Shown in pieces: positions 42,575 through 54,818 of a DNA stretch of 64,000 nt; the stretch's first letter is position 1, and every line of letters starts with the position of its first letter. The notes beneath the pieces were generated by a model. That model worked only from the letters and a program-made list of their open reading frames with translations. It made no database searches and was not told the DNA's origin. Made by a program: the position numbers and the translations under genes. This stretch comes from Camelus ferus (Eukaryota): contig NC_045697.1 of the NCBI RefSeq assembly GCF_009834535.1, positions 75,456,001-75,520,000 on the forward strand. The letters are read 5' to 3'.

Positions 42575-42995
42575 CTGAGGGAAAGACAATACTGTATAAT
42601 CTCACTTGTATGTAGAATCAAAAAAAAAAAAAAAAAAAGAAGAAGAACTCATAGATGCAGAGAACAGACTGATAGTTGCCAGAGGCAGGGGATAGGGGGT
42701 AAGCAAAATGAATAAAGTTTATTTTATAAGCTTCCAGTTATAAAATAAATGAGTACTAGGGTTTCAATACACAGCATGGTAACTATAGTTAACAATACTG
42801 TATTGCAAATTTGAAAGTTGCCAAGAGAGTAGAACCTAACAGTTCTCATCACAAGGAAGAAAGTTGTTACCTATGTGTGGTGATAGAAGTTAACTAGACT
42901 TCTTGTAGTGATCACTGGCAATATATACAAATATCAAATCATTACGTTTTACACTTGAAACTACACTGTATATCAGTGAGAGCTCAAAAAATAAT
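42575..42995 (+). mobile_element. L1MA9-like 3' end
   Basis: aagacaatactgtataatctcacttgtatgtagaatc...gaactcatagatgcagagaacagactgatagttgccagagg...agttctcatcacaagg...taactagacttcttgtagtgatcac. Confidence 0.85.
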
Positions 42996-43232
42996 AATAA
43001 CTAACATCTGCATGCCAGCCACTCTTCTAACCAGTTTTACCCACATCATCACACGGTTTAATACTAACAGCAACCCTATGAGGGTGATTACTGTTATTAT
43101 CCCTGTTTTAGAATTGAGAATCAGAGGATTAGGAACTTAAAGAATTTGTCTAAGATAAAACTTGGAGTCAACTAAGGCATTCATTTAGCCAAGCTGTCAA
43201 CCACAGGTTCTATACTCTTAAACTACTCTGCT
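42996..43232 (-). mobile_element. MIR SINE
   Basis: aacagcaaccctatgagggtgattactgttattatccctgttttaga...ctcttaaactactctgc. Confidence 0.75.
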
Positions 43233-45003
43233 AGTGAGAGGTCCAGCCTTACTAACATTTCAGGTATTTTTTTTTTCACTCTTCACTGAGGACAAAACAA
43301 ATTACATATAACAATACGTCACAGATCGATAAATTTGTAATGAGTTAACTTTTTGAAAACATTATAATTTTAATAAAAAACAAATAGGAACTTTTGTATA
43401 AACTTGTGGAATATTATGCTGGTTTACTCTGAAATTGTCACATTTTATTAATGAGCTAGGGTCTTAGATGAGGCCCATGTTTGTGAAATTCACTATTAAG
43501 GTCAGCATTTGTACAATGGCCCTCTCCTGCCAACCTATCAAAAAAAAAAAAAAAAAAGTTGAGCATTTGTAGTAATCAAATCCCCAACAAATGTGTAAGG
43601 ATTAGTACTATATTTGAGGAGAAGATAAGGAAAATCAAGAACACTTTCTATGGAGTATAATTTTATTTTAATCCAAAAAAATACTAAAGCTGAAGGCCCA
43701 GCTGACAGAACTTTGCATTTCATTATGTATCATAATAGTCTCATTTGTTATCTGATTATCATAATGAAAATCTCACTCATTATCTCTCTCTTGAACTAGA
43801 AAATGAATTCCATTACCAAGAGTTCAAGTCTATGATGTAATTCTAAATATTTTGCAGGGCAGTCACTTGCTCTGGGGCCACATTTAACAAGAAAACCAAA
43901 GTTTATAATTTGCTAAAATAAAACTCTAATATGTGATCAAGGCAAATAATAAAACAAGATATCAGTACTTGGAGGAACCAGCCTCCTGAATGATAATGAA
44001 GTACATTTTATTTAGACTGTCTTTTAGAAAAACAATTAACATAACATGCAGCTATAATTTAAAGTAGGCAGGGAGTGAGGCGGGAATAAGGAAGAGAGAG
44101 GGGACACAGGGCACAAACAGAAGGGTAAGATGCAAGATATGCTATTTTTGTGTAAGGCATGTGTTGACTTGGAGAGAATTTGTAGTCAAAAGCCACTGCA
44201 GTTTACTTAAACATGTCTTTGAAAGGGATCTACCAGAGACAATACATAATTTATAATATGCCACAAAAAATACTTTTGAGGAGGGGCTTCAAGAGTTGCA
44301 ACCCATCCTAAAAATTAAAAACTGTTAATAGCTACATAATTTGACAGCAAATATAAATATAAAACATGTCATCAAGCTAGCAAAAGAAGTAACAGATTTA
44401 AGTAGGGCATCCAACAAAGAATTTACCCTGTGGGTAACAAAAACAGGAAAATAGAAAAATTAGCACTATAATAATTTAAATATGTATGACTTGACTGCGT
44501 ATCTTCTTTTCTTGGTAATTTTAGTTTACAAATGGTTTGACCAAAATATATTGTAGAGCTGCTTCACATAAAGATCAGGAATCCCTGCCATCTGATGTAC
44601 AGAAATGAAAACCACAGTGATTATTGTCAAGCCAGAAATTTACCAACCCTACCATGAAAAACTGCTGCTTGAAAATCCCAACAGTCCATAAAACATTAAT
44701 GGTATTCTAAATTAGATGACTACTTAAAAATTCTTAAATATGGGGACCTCAAAATTAAAGTTTCCTATGAAATGTTGGCAGATTCTCACATGAAATGATT
44801 TTGCAGAGGTGCAGAGAAAGGAAGATCTGGTCCCAAGAAACGTGTTGTGTATGTATAGATTTCTATTTATCTCCTATTAGTCTCACAGTCCAATTAAATG
44901 AGGACTCATGTTGTGAAACCCAAAGACCAACCCAAATTTGACTTTTTTTCATACTCCAAATAGTCTTATCCTCTACCACAATATAAGGAGTAAAAGGGCA
45001 GTC

Positions 45004-46555
45004 TTTTTTTTTTTTTCCCACTACTGAGGTATAATTACATGCAATAAATTTAATGTAAGTTATAACATATGCATTTACCTGGGCAGCCATCACCACAAGC
45101 AATATAGTGAACGTATCCACCCACCCCTAAAAATTTATTCTTTTTTAAGATGTCTGTATTTTTTATGACTATTTTCCAGTGCATCATCAAAGGTCTTCTT
45201 CCGACATATTACAACAATAGCAAACAACTACCATAATTATGTAGCATTTTGACAGTCACCAAATGATGGAATTCAAATGTTTTAAGGTAGATGGGTCTTT
45301 GTCTTATCTGCACAGAGGAGCCATACAGAGCTACACAGGTTCAAGGTCTTCCTGCCACAACCCCCCTGTTCAGTGTACTCCAGTCCCACGAGCCCCTCTC
45401 ACACATCATGCTCAAGTTCACTCCTAAAAGCTTATTCTCGCCCCTTGGAAATCCTTCCCTCCCCTCCTCCACTCTCTCCCCTTCTCCTCCTCCTCAATAC
45501 CCAGACAACCACTGATCTGCTTTCTATCACTATAGATTAGTTTGCATTTTCTGAACTTTCCTGTAAATGGGATCATACAGTATGTACTCTTTTTTGTCTG
45601 CCTTGTTTCACTCAGCATAATTATTTGGAGATTCACTTACATTGCATGTGTACCAATAGTTCAGTCCTCTTTCTTGCTGGGCAGTATTCCACTGTATGGA
45701 CATTACACAGTGTGCTCTTTCAGTCCCTTGTCACTGAATATTTGAATTTTTTTCCAGTTGTTGGTTATTACACATAAAGCTGCTATGAGTATTTATGTCC
45801 AAGCTTTTGTATTGACTTATACTTTCCATTGTCTTAAATAAATATCTAGGAATGTAGTAAATAGATCATATGGTAATTGTAGGCTTAACTTTTTAGGAAA
45901 CTACCAAATCACTTTGAAAAGTGGCTTTACTATTTAAATTCCCACCAACAATGTATGGCAGTTCCAGTTCCTCCTCATTCTTGTCAACACTTGGTATGGT
46001 CATTATCTAATTAGAGCCATTCTAATAGGTGAGTAATAATATAACTCTGTGTTTTTACTTTGAATTTTTCTATTGAGCATTTTTTCATGTGCTTACTTAT
46101 CATGAAATTATTTTCCTTGAAGACATGTCTGTTCAAAGATTTTACACAGATATTACCGGGTTATTTGTTCTGTAATTATTAAATTTTCAGAGTTCTTTAT
46201 ACATACTGGATAAAAGGCCTTCATCAGATACAAAGTTTACAAATATTTTCTCATAAAATATAAATTGTCTTTTCATTCTCTTAACAGATTCTTTTTAAAA
46301 GAGTATAAATTTTAAATTTTGATGAAGTCTAATTTATATTTTTTTTCCTTAAATAGATTGTACTTTTTGTGTTGTATCTAAGAAATCTTTGCCTAGCTCA
46401 TGGTCGCAAACATTTTCTCCTATGCGTTCTGCTGTAAGATTTATAGTTTTAGGTTTTACATTTAGATCTATGATTCATTTTAAGCTAACTAAGGCCTGAA
46501 GTTGTTTTTGTTTTTTGCATATGGTTATCTACTTTTTTCAGCACCATTTGTTTGA
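45004..46555 (-). mobile_element. L1MB-like 3' fragment, interrupted by a 277-bp insert
   Basis: Poly-T at 45004; antisense ORF2 end reading NLQIIMLSETRQTKKSTYCMIPF; cagacaaccactgatctgctttct; ttcccaccaacaatgtatg. Confidence 0.85.
45142..45418 (-). pseudogene. Unidentified retroposed fragment (possible processed-transcript retrocopy)
   Basis: Non-L1 sequence between cacccctaaaaatttattct (45122-45141) and cactcctaaaagcttattct (45419-45438), with a short T-run at the left end. Confidence 0.55.
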
Positions 46556-46557
46556 AA

Positions 46558-46760
46558 GGTCTCAGTGGTCTACAATCAAGGTGTCAGCAGAGCTGTGTTC
46601 CCTCTGGAGGATCTAGGGGAGAATCCTTTTTTGTTGTTTTATCTAGTTTATCTAATTTGGATTGAGCCTACCTGGGTAATTCAGGCTCTCTTCATCTCAA
46701 AGTCAGTTGATTAGCAAACTTAATTCCATATGCATGCTTAATTTCCTTTGCTATTGAAAC
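46558..46760 (-). mobile_element. MLT1C/D-like LTR fragment
   Basis: aatcaaggtgtcagcagagctgtgttccctctggaggatctaggggagaatcc; tcaaagtcagttgattagcaaacttaattcca. Confidence 0.75.
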
Positions 46761-46924
46761 AGCCATGCAATGACCATGTAAGTGCTTGAGTAAAAGCTGA
46801 ACAAATATATGTTATAGTAATTCCATAAATGTATTTCTTCATTGAGTGGGATGTCATCTGCAATAACCTTTAATATAATTCTTAATTCTAAGCATATTTG
46901 ATTGTATGAAACCAAAATAATAAC

Positions 46925-47120
46925 TACAGTTACTATTTACTCAGTGCTTACTGTGTACCAGGTATCTCTGAAACACTCATTACCTTGCTCAATCCTTACA
47001 ACAACAAAGCCTTACAACAAACTGTGAGATGGTTTTGTTTTCCCCATTACAGAGGAAAATGAGGTACAGAGTTACAGAGACATTAAATACTCTATCAGAA
47101 GTCATGTCCTTAGTGTGTAG
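46925..47120 (-). mobile_element. MIR SINE
   Basis: atttactcagtgcttactgtgtaccagg...ccccattacagaggaaaatgaggtacaga. Confidence 0.65.
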
Positions 47121-47319
47121 GGGAGCCACTGCTTGATGCCTGGTCAATGTTTTATAGCTATGACACCATGCTGCTGTGATACTTTGTTGTAGGGATCCAT
47201 ACACAGGCTGGCAAGGATAAATTAGGAAAAACCCAAAGACTAGAAGTTTTGTTCTTGGGTTTAATATCAAATCAGCCCTTAAACTGCCCATAATCTCGTA
47301 TTTTGCTCACGTTTTATCT

Positions 47320-47651
47320 TGTATTAATGAGCTTTGGCTAGATTATTCTGCAGTAACAAATGACCCCCAAATCTCTGTGGCTTTCAACAACAATTAACTT
47401 CTCAAATCACATTGTACATGCATCACTGAGCTCCTGTCAGGAATAGGCAGATCACCTGGCAGAAAGACACCAAAGATGGAAACTGTGCAGTGGTACTTAA
47501 TGCTTTGAAAGGGGCATACAGCAGTTCTCCTCACTTTCTTTTGGTCAAAGTAAGTCACAAGGCCAAGCTCAGTGTCTGTTAAGCAGAGAAATATAATCCC
47601 TAACACAGAAAGAGGCAGTAAATTTTGGGAACAATAACAAAATCTATCACA
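47320..47651 (-). mobile_element. MLT1 (J-like) solo LTR
   Basis: tgtatt...gcagtaacaaatgacccccaaatctctgtggctt...ttggtcaaagtaagtcacaaggccaagc...aatctatcaca. Confidence 0.72.
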
Positions 47652-48499
47652 AACCTCTTGATTCATCATTCCATTTCTCTGGCTTCTCCAAGCCCTCCCA
47701 TCCAACATTTTTACCCATTGGTTTCTTTAGCTCTCAGACTCACCCTACATCTGTCCTTTGTCGCAATGTACTACTTTTCTCTTCTTCCCTATCTTAGTAC
47801 TTGCCAGGTGCACATCTGCTAAATGAACCCCATCGGTTAGGTCTGGAGATTTTCCCCTATAAATGGCTCTAACAGAGCCCCAGTGTCCAGGGATCCACTT
47901 CTCTGGCATTAGTTTACATAGATATTTCCTGAATTTACTGAATGACTTGAGTCTGAATCTTTAAAAAAAAAAAAAAAAATCACCTTCCATACTTAACAGA
48001 CAGCCTGAAGGAGGGATGAGGGTTCTCTACCATATGACAAAAACGCTTTCTAGTCACAGAAACAACTAACCAAGGGGAAAATATTTCTTGATCATAACGT
48101 CTACCTCTGTCTAATTTCTTACACCTGCACATGCTATGATCATTGTTACATGTGTGAGGAGTTATTAGATTATAATCTCTGCTTTTTACCTTCATGTAAA
48201 ATAGAATAAATTTATTTTCTATTACACAAACTTCTGCTGTTTTAAAAATTAATTCTAAAATTAGTTGTGGCTTTGTGTGTGTCTGCATAATCTTTTGAGA
48301 ATAGTTTGTAACAATCTGATTTGCTTGTGGTATACATATAAAACTGCTTTAAATTATATATAACTTTGTCATCTATCAGGTCAAGAAAGAGCTTACCTGA
48401 TTGTTCTGAAAGAGTCCACTGTGCCCTCAAAATTTATAACAGTTATCAACATCAACTAAATCCTTAAACACTTCCTTGGAAAATGAGAAGTCAGTGCCT

Positions 48500-49835
48500 A
48501 GAAATTTATCCTGAGCATTAGACCCATGTATCTCTCTCACAGTAAACATTCACTCTGGAATATCCCTCAATAACCTAAAACTCACATAGTTAACTATATA
48601 ATTAAAGCCAAATTGATATATCTAATTATCTAATACCATTTTTAATCCATTTCCTCCTGTCTACCCTTTATCCTCTACCCCCACTCCCATGCCCACCACT
48701 AAGCCACTCTTTCTATTATCTCCCAGGTTGTTAAAATGTGCCATCACTCACTCAGGTGCCCAAGAAGAAACCTGGGGTCATAACAGACTCTCTTGTATCT
48801 CACCTCCCTCATCAACTCAGACATCAAGCCCTCTCACCTCCCGTACACTTTTCAGAGTTTTCAGTGTTCTCCTTTTCCACCACCTGTGCCCTGGTTTAGA
48901 CCTTCGTTGCATCATACTGAAAACTTTGATTAATCTCCTTACTGGATTCACTCTTCACACTCAGCTAACACTGATATTCATACAATACAAATCTCATTGT
49001 GTTACTTTACCACTTAACATTTTTTAATTATAAGGTCTACCACTTATCAAGCCTACTGAGGGAATCACCTTAAAAATTTTCCATGCAACAATCTATGACA
49101 CTCTCATGACAACCCTGTGATGGAGATACTAATGTTATCAGCAATGAATTTGAGAAAACTCATGCACAGAGAGGCAATATAATTTGCCCAAGGTTGCAGA
49201 ATTAGTATAAAGCCTCAGATTCAAACATAGACAGTATGCCTCCAGAGTTCATCTTCTTAACAACCACATTTTATTTTATTTTTCTAGTTATATTTATTAT
49301 CTATGCAAAAACGATGCCTCCCCTTCAGCTTCAGGATAAACAGAAAAGGCATATAAGGCCCTTTGTGATATGTCTCTTATCCATCTCACATGCCTCATTT
49401 CTCTCCTCTGTTGGCCCCAGTCCTGTCCAAACATTTGTATCTGTTACATGCATCATACTCTGTCAAGCTCCCTCATGTCCCAGTGCCTTTGTTATACTGT
49501 TCCCTTCCCTTAGCGTATTTTTCCTGTTCTTTTTCTCCGGCTCATTTCTTCAGATTACGTTCAAATATCACCTCCTCCAGCAACTAACAGCAACTATCTT
49601 TGTCTCAGATGTTTCTCTTCTATGTGCCCTTTGTACCTTGTGTATGCCACATCATTATCGTAAGTGTCACATTTATGAAATAGCCAAAGTGCTTGTCAGT
49701 TTTTTCATGTACTGGTAGAGGTACTTGAGAACAAGGACTATGTATTTCACTTGTATAATATGAGAATTTATGAGAGTGCTGGACACAAAGTATGTGTTTA
49801 AGAAGTGTTTTGATAAATAGATGGATGGATGAATG
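48500..49835 (+). mobile_element. LINE-2 fragments with nested MIR (~49085-49268, minus)
   Basis: caggtgcccaagaagaaacctggggtcat; gagtgctggacacaaagtatgtgtttaagaagtgttttgataaatagatggatg tail; MIR core gagaaaactcatgcacagagagg...atttgcccaaggtt. Confidence 0.65.
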
Positions 49836-49854
49836 GAGAGATATCCCTCAGAGT

Positions 49855-50164
49855 TGCACTGTTCAATATGGTAGCCATTAGCCACATGGGACTATTGAGT
49901 ACTTAATGTGATTAGTCCAAATCTAGATATACTGTAAATGTAAAATACACACTGGGTTTTTAAAAATATGACAAAATATACATAAAGTATTTCATGAATA
50001 GTTTTTATATTGGCCATATGTTGAAGAGATTAGGTTACATATTTGGTTATGTAAAATCTATCATTAAAATTAATATCATTTGTTTATTACTTTTACTTTT
50101 TGAATATGCTATTAGATGATTTAAAATTGTGTGGCTTGTATTATATTTCCGTTTTACAATGCTG
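49855..50164. mobile_element. MER33-like (hAT-Charlie) DNA transposon fossil
   Basis: ctgttcaatatggtagccattagccacatgggactattgag...gtaaaatacacactgg...tgtgtggcttgtattatatttcc...acaatgctg. Confidence 0.8.
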
Positions 50165-51293
50165 CATTAGAGAAATGGATTTAAAAGATTAGCCAATGCT
50201 GGTTAGCAGTGCTGGTTTAGGTCACAGGACAGTGACTTGGGGACAGCATTGGTTGATAAGCATGAGCAACAAGCTGGAAAGAAAATTCAAAGTTAAAACA
50301 GTAGAGAGCCATGCCTGTGGCATCAATCTAATTAATGCCTCTAGATTGTTCCATTACTGGAAGTTGGTATTTGACAGGAGACTACTCATTCAGGAGGTAG
50401 GGGAAGATACAGGTAAGTTTATTATAGATTGAAAGTCAGTAAAGTAATTCACGAACATAAAGCAAAGCAGATACTCTAGAGCACAGAACTGAAGACCATC
50501 TAGGAGTTCCTTATTCCATGAATCATACCAGTGGGAATCTGAACCCTAGGAGAGACCTGGGAGCAAGAGGAGCCTAGTCACAGTGAAGTGTAAGTCAGAA
50601 GACAACCCAAACACACATTTGAGAGCTTGGCACGTGGTAGGTGTTCAGTTAATAGTTGCGGGATGAATAAATGAACGAATCAGCACCAAAGCAGTCAACA
50701 AGGAGCCAGAAGAATTGAGTTTTATGGTGAACTAGAAAGGTTAAATTTGAAGTAAGTTTAGCTTCCTGATTCTTTATTTCTGAGTCTTAGAAAGGCTGCT
50801 GTGTTGTGAGCCCAAGGAGAAGACACTGGGTATATTTAGAAAAATGTGATCCAGGCTTTTGGATCTCTAAACTCCTGTTTTATTGTTTTAAAAAGTTTGG
50901 GTTTTGTTATTATTTTGTTTTTCTTTGTTTTGCTTAGTGTTGTTTTGTTTTGCTTTGGGATCCAAAACCTGAAACAAGATGTTTAATGGTCATGGGATCT
51001 GAACAGGAATTCTTTAATCTAATAAAACCTAATTTATTCACAGTACAATTTTTTATGGCAATCTTAAATATCCAGGAACCTGGAAGTAATCAATTAGTAT
51101 GTTGAAGCATCAATATGGATGTCTCAAAATCCATGCCTTAAAGACCATGCACTTAATTCATAGAAGTAAGTTTAATATTCAGGTTTATCTGCTGATAAAA
51201 ATTAAAATTGGAAATAATAATTGTTTTTGAGCACCTACTGGGCATAGCATTTTATCCTAGGAAAGAGGTATTATTTTCATTCCTGTTCATTTA

Positions 51294-51557
51294 ACTCACA
51301 GTAGTTCCTTGAGGGAAGTAGTATGTTATCATTTTCATATCATAGATTAAAAAACTGAGGTTCAATTTAAGTAAGAGACTTGCCAAAGATTGTCCAACAA
51401 ATGGAATGTGAGCCAAGTCCAAATTATAATTTTCAGAGTCTAAATTAGGGTCTATTTTCACTAAGCTAAATTGCTATTGTTAATATTTGGTACAAATTCC
51501 AAGACAGAGAGAGTATGAATTTTTGACTTAAGCTGGTGGGGCTGAAACATGCAAATG
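51294..51557. repeat. Diverged direct duplication, copy 1 (MIR-derived part plus unique flank)
   Basis: Aligns colinearly with 52672-52931, e.g. gtccaaattataattttca and tattgttaatatttggt-caaattccaag-cagagagagtatgaatttt. Confidence 0.9.
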
Positions 51558-51739
51558 GATTAGACTCTGATTCCAAATCCAGTAATATTAGCTGTGATAC
51601 TCTGCTACTTTTGTAGCAGATAGGCAGAACCACTGCTAAAGATGGACACACCAGCAGTTGATAGGAAGTGATAGCTGATGACCTGATGAGTAATATAAGG
51701 CCTTGACCTTTTAGTCTGGTCAAGTAAACTGATAATTGC

Positions 51740-52540
51740 AATACACTGTGATTTATTGCCATGAGTGACTTCTCAGAGAAGGTGGCACCTGGATCTGAGA
51801 CTTGAGAGACTTCAGATAACAAGAGTAGATGATTATTCCAGGCGGAACAAAAACACTGGCAGAAAAGTTCATGACATGTTAAAGAATTACAAAGGAGTGG
51901 AAAACATTGCTCAGGGAAATAGAAAGTGAGAGATGGGCCAAGGGCAAGTCATGGTGACCCTCACATATTAAACTATCTGTGATAGACTAAAAGAGCCACA
52001 GAAGCATTAAAAGACAATTACATTAGTAGACTGAATTTTTAAAAGATGCCTGGCTATAGTGTAAGAAATAAGAGAAGGAAGCAAAGATAAGAGGCAAAGA
52101 GATAACAAAAGAAGCTGCAATGTTAATCCAGGTAAAAATTTAAAGGGCTAAACCAGGACCATGGCAAGAAGGATGGAGAGATGTGGATGGATCTGAATGC
52201 TATCGAGGAGGTAGAATTTAAGGCTAAGTGCCTATTTGGATACAGATGATGAGGGAGAAAAGGCTATCATGGATGATGCTAAGATTTCAATTTTGGGGAA
52301 CTGGGTAAATGGCAACGTCTTTAACCAATATAAAGAACACAGGAGGAACAGTCTCAGAGAGAGTGGGTTGGGCTCCCTTTTTGACTTGCTGAGTTTGAGG
52401 TACCTCAGTGATATCCAAGAAAAGAGGACTTGTGATCAGTTAAATAAATAGTCCTGGAATATAGAAAATAGCTCTTGGCTAGAGATGCACAGATTTGGAG
52501 CTATCACAAAAGGAACAAATGCCTAAGGATTATCCAAAGA
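51740..52540 (-). mobile_element. LINE-2 fragment
   Basis: aaagatgcctggctatagtgt; ggatgatgctaagatttcaattttgggg; gagtttgaggtacctcagtgatatccaag. Confidence 0.7.
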
Positions 52541-52671
52541 GGAAAATTAAGAGGCAGAGATGTCTTGTAAACCAAAGGATTCTTTTTCCAGTGATTCTGG
52601 ATGCACAGTAGTGGTTTTAGTATACACTGCATTTTAATTTACAAAGTATTTAATAAATACTGATTCTTTTG

Positions 52672-52931
52672 ACTCACAACAGTTCCTTGAGAGTAGTATT
52701 CCACCATTCTCATATTACAGATTTAAAAACTGATGTTCAATTTAATTCAGAGACTTGCCAAAGGTCACCCAACTAATGGGCTGTGGAGCCAGGTCCAAAT
52801 TATAATTTTCAAAATTGGGGTCTCTTTTCAGAAAGAAACCAAATTTCTTTATTGTTAATATTTGGTGCAAATTCCAAGCCAGAGAGAGTATGAATTTTGA
52901 CTTGAGTTGGTAGGGTTGAAAGATGGAAATG
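52672..52931. repeat. Diverged direct duplication, copy 2
   Basis: See copy 1; offset about 1.38 kb. Confidence 0.9.
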
Positions 52932-53779
52932 TGCTTGGAATGTATCCACATCTAGCAAAATTTCCAGGTTTGGAGCTATCTAGATCAGTGTTGCAGGCAT
53001 CTGCCTAGACTTTTAACCTCTTCTGCCAGCACCAAAAACTTAAAGTATATCTGTAGTCAGGCTGTCTTTCAAATGAATAGGTCAGCCTGGAAAAAAAGCA
53101 AAAATTATCAACCTTCCAGGCTTTGTGACATGAAAGCCTTCAGATCTTTTCCAGCAAAGCCCATTAAAAGGATCTTAAGCCCTTGAGGCTGAAAACAAAC
53201 ATGACATTCTGCTGCATTCAGTAATTATTTGTTTCTGAGCATTTGTTTGCCATTATTTTCTGTGGCCCCTTTGTAGGATTTGTGTTGAGATCTCCCATAC
53301 TGACAGTCCAAAATGAATTCATTGTAAATTCCTTTGGTGGATGATTAATACCTTTCTGAACAGAATTCAAAATACAAGGGTAAAGATAGGCATAGAAAAA
53401 AAAATAGAGAAGTTGCATTCAATTAATCATTTTTTTTTTTTTTTTTGTCCATATGAAATTGGAAGCACAAGATTACTAAAGCAAAGATGTCCCAGTTAGG
53501 AAAAAAATGAAGTATCCTTTTGATTGTCTGGATTTTCATTCAAAAGAATACAGATGTGTCTAGCCCAATGTTTTAAATGTATGAAGCCCCTGAATTTATC
53601 TTATGGGAAGGTGGTTTACAAAGTGTCACATAACTAATAGGTAATTTTGGCTGAGTTCATATTGCAATTAATATTCAGAAGTGTCCTAATTAACATTAAT
53701 CAACTAAGTATTGCAAATTTGCCTGAGCAACTTATCTTCATTTTAGAATTTTCTTCTCCCTATAACTAGTAACAAAAAG

Positions 53780-54319
53780 GTACTGAGTCAGCTATTTTTG
53801 CTGCTTAACAAGTCACCTTCTAAAACTGAGTGTCTTAAAATCACAACTATTTAGCTCAAGATTCTGTGGGTCATAGGAGTCATTCTTCTGATTTTAGTTT
53901 GGCTCATCTCTCTTGGGTTCTTTCATGAGTTTATGTGTAGCTGGCTGGTCTACTGATGGCTGTGTGTTCAAGGATCTTTCATTCACATGTCTAGCAACTG
54001 GCAGGCTGTCAACCAGGATACTGAGGTAACTGGGCCACATGTTCTTCACCCTCTGGCAGGCTAGCCTAGACTTCTACATATAGTTGCCACAGAGTTCCAA
54101 GAACAGTAAGAAATAACAGACCTCACTGATCAAGTGCTTTTCATGCTTCTGCTTGTACCATAATTACAAACATCCAGCTGACCAAAGCAAGTGCATGGAA
54201 AAGCCTAGATTCAAAGGGTAGGGAAATAAATGCCACCTTCTTGACAGGAGGAACTGCGAAGCTACATTGGAAAGAGGAGTGCCTATAGAGAAGAAAAGAA
54301 TCTGCAGCAATCTACCATA
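53780..54319 (-). mobile_element. MLT1 (H/I-like) solo LTR
   Basis: gtcagctatttttgctgcttaacaagtcacc...tagctcaagattctgtgggtca...caggctagcctagacttct...gcaatctaccata. Confidence 0.72.
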
Positions 54320-54818
54320 AAGACAAAGCCTAATACAGTATCATTAATACCCAGCCACCAAGAAAAGAAACAGAAAATGCTGCAGCAGTGCTCAGCAATT
54401 TAACCCAACCACACCCACAACAATTCACATTACTGAAAGATAAAACCGTAAGAATTTTTATTAATGCCCCAAATCTAGAATGGAAGGACATTAAATGTGT
54501 GTCCTTCCCTTGTTCCTTTTCCCAAGATGTAGTAGACTATGCAGAAGGTTAAAAGATGGTTTTGACTTTCTCTTACAGAAGTGAGAGTCCTACTACTACT
54601 CCCAGGTAAGAAATAATCTGAAAGTTCGGAATATTTCAGCAGAGAACGGAGCCCAGGTGTTTTAACAAAGACTAAATGCTCCCTCTCCTCCTTTCTTCCT
54701 CTCCTCTTCTGCTTCCCTCTCTTCTCCCAATAGTTTGTAGTTTGGAAAACACAAATAATGTTGAGAGTCAAAAAGTTATCAGCTCTATATAACAGCAAAT
54801 TGTATTTCTAGACAAAGC

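Noticed and set aside
49236..49718. 160-aa hydrophobic ORF
   Set aside because: Lies in pyrimidine-rich L2/MIR sequence; no recognisable domain.
50405..50420. Perfect splice donor CAG|GTAAGT
   Set aside because: No convincing paired acceptor or open frame; isolated donors occur by chance.
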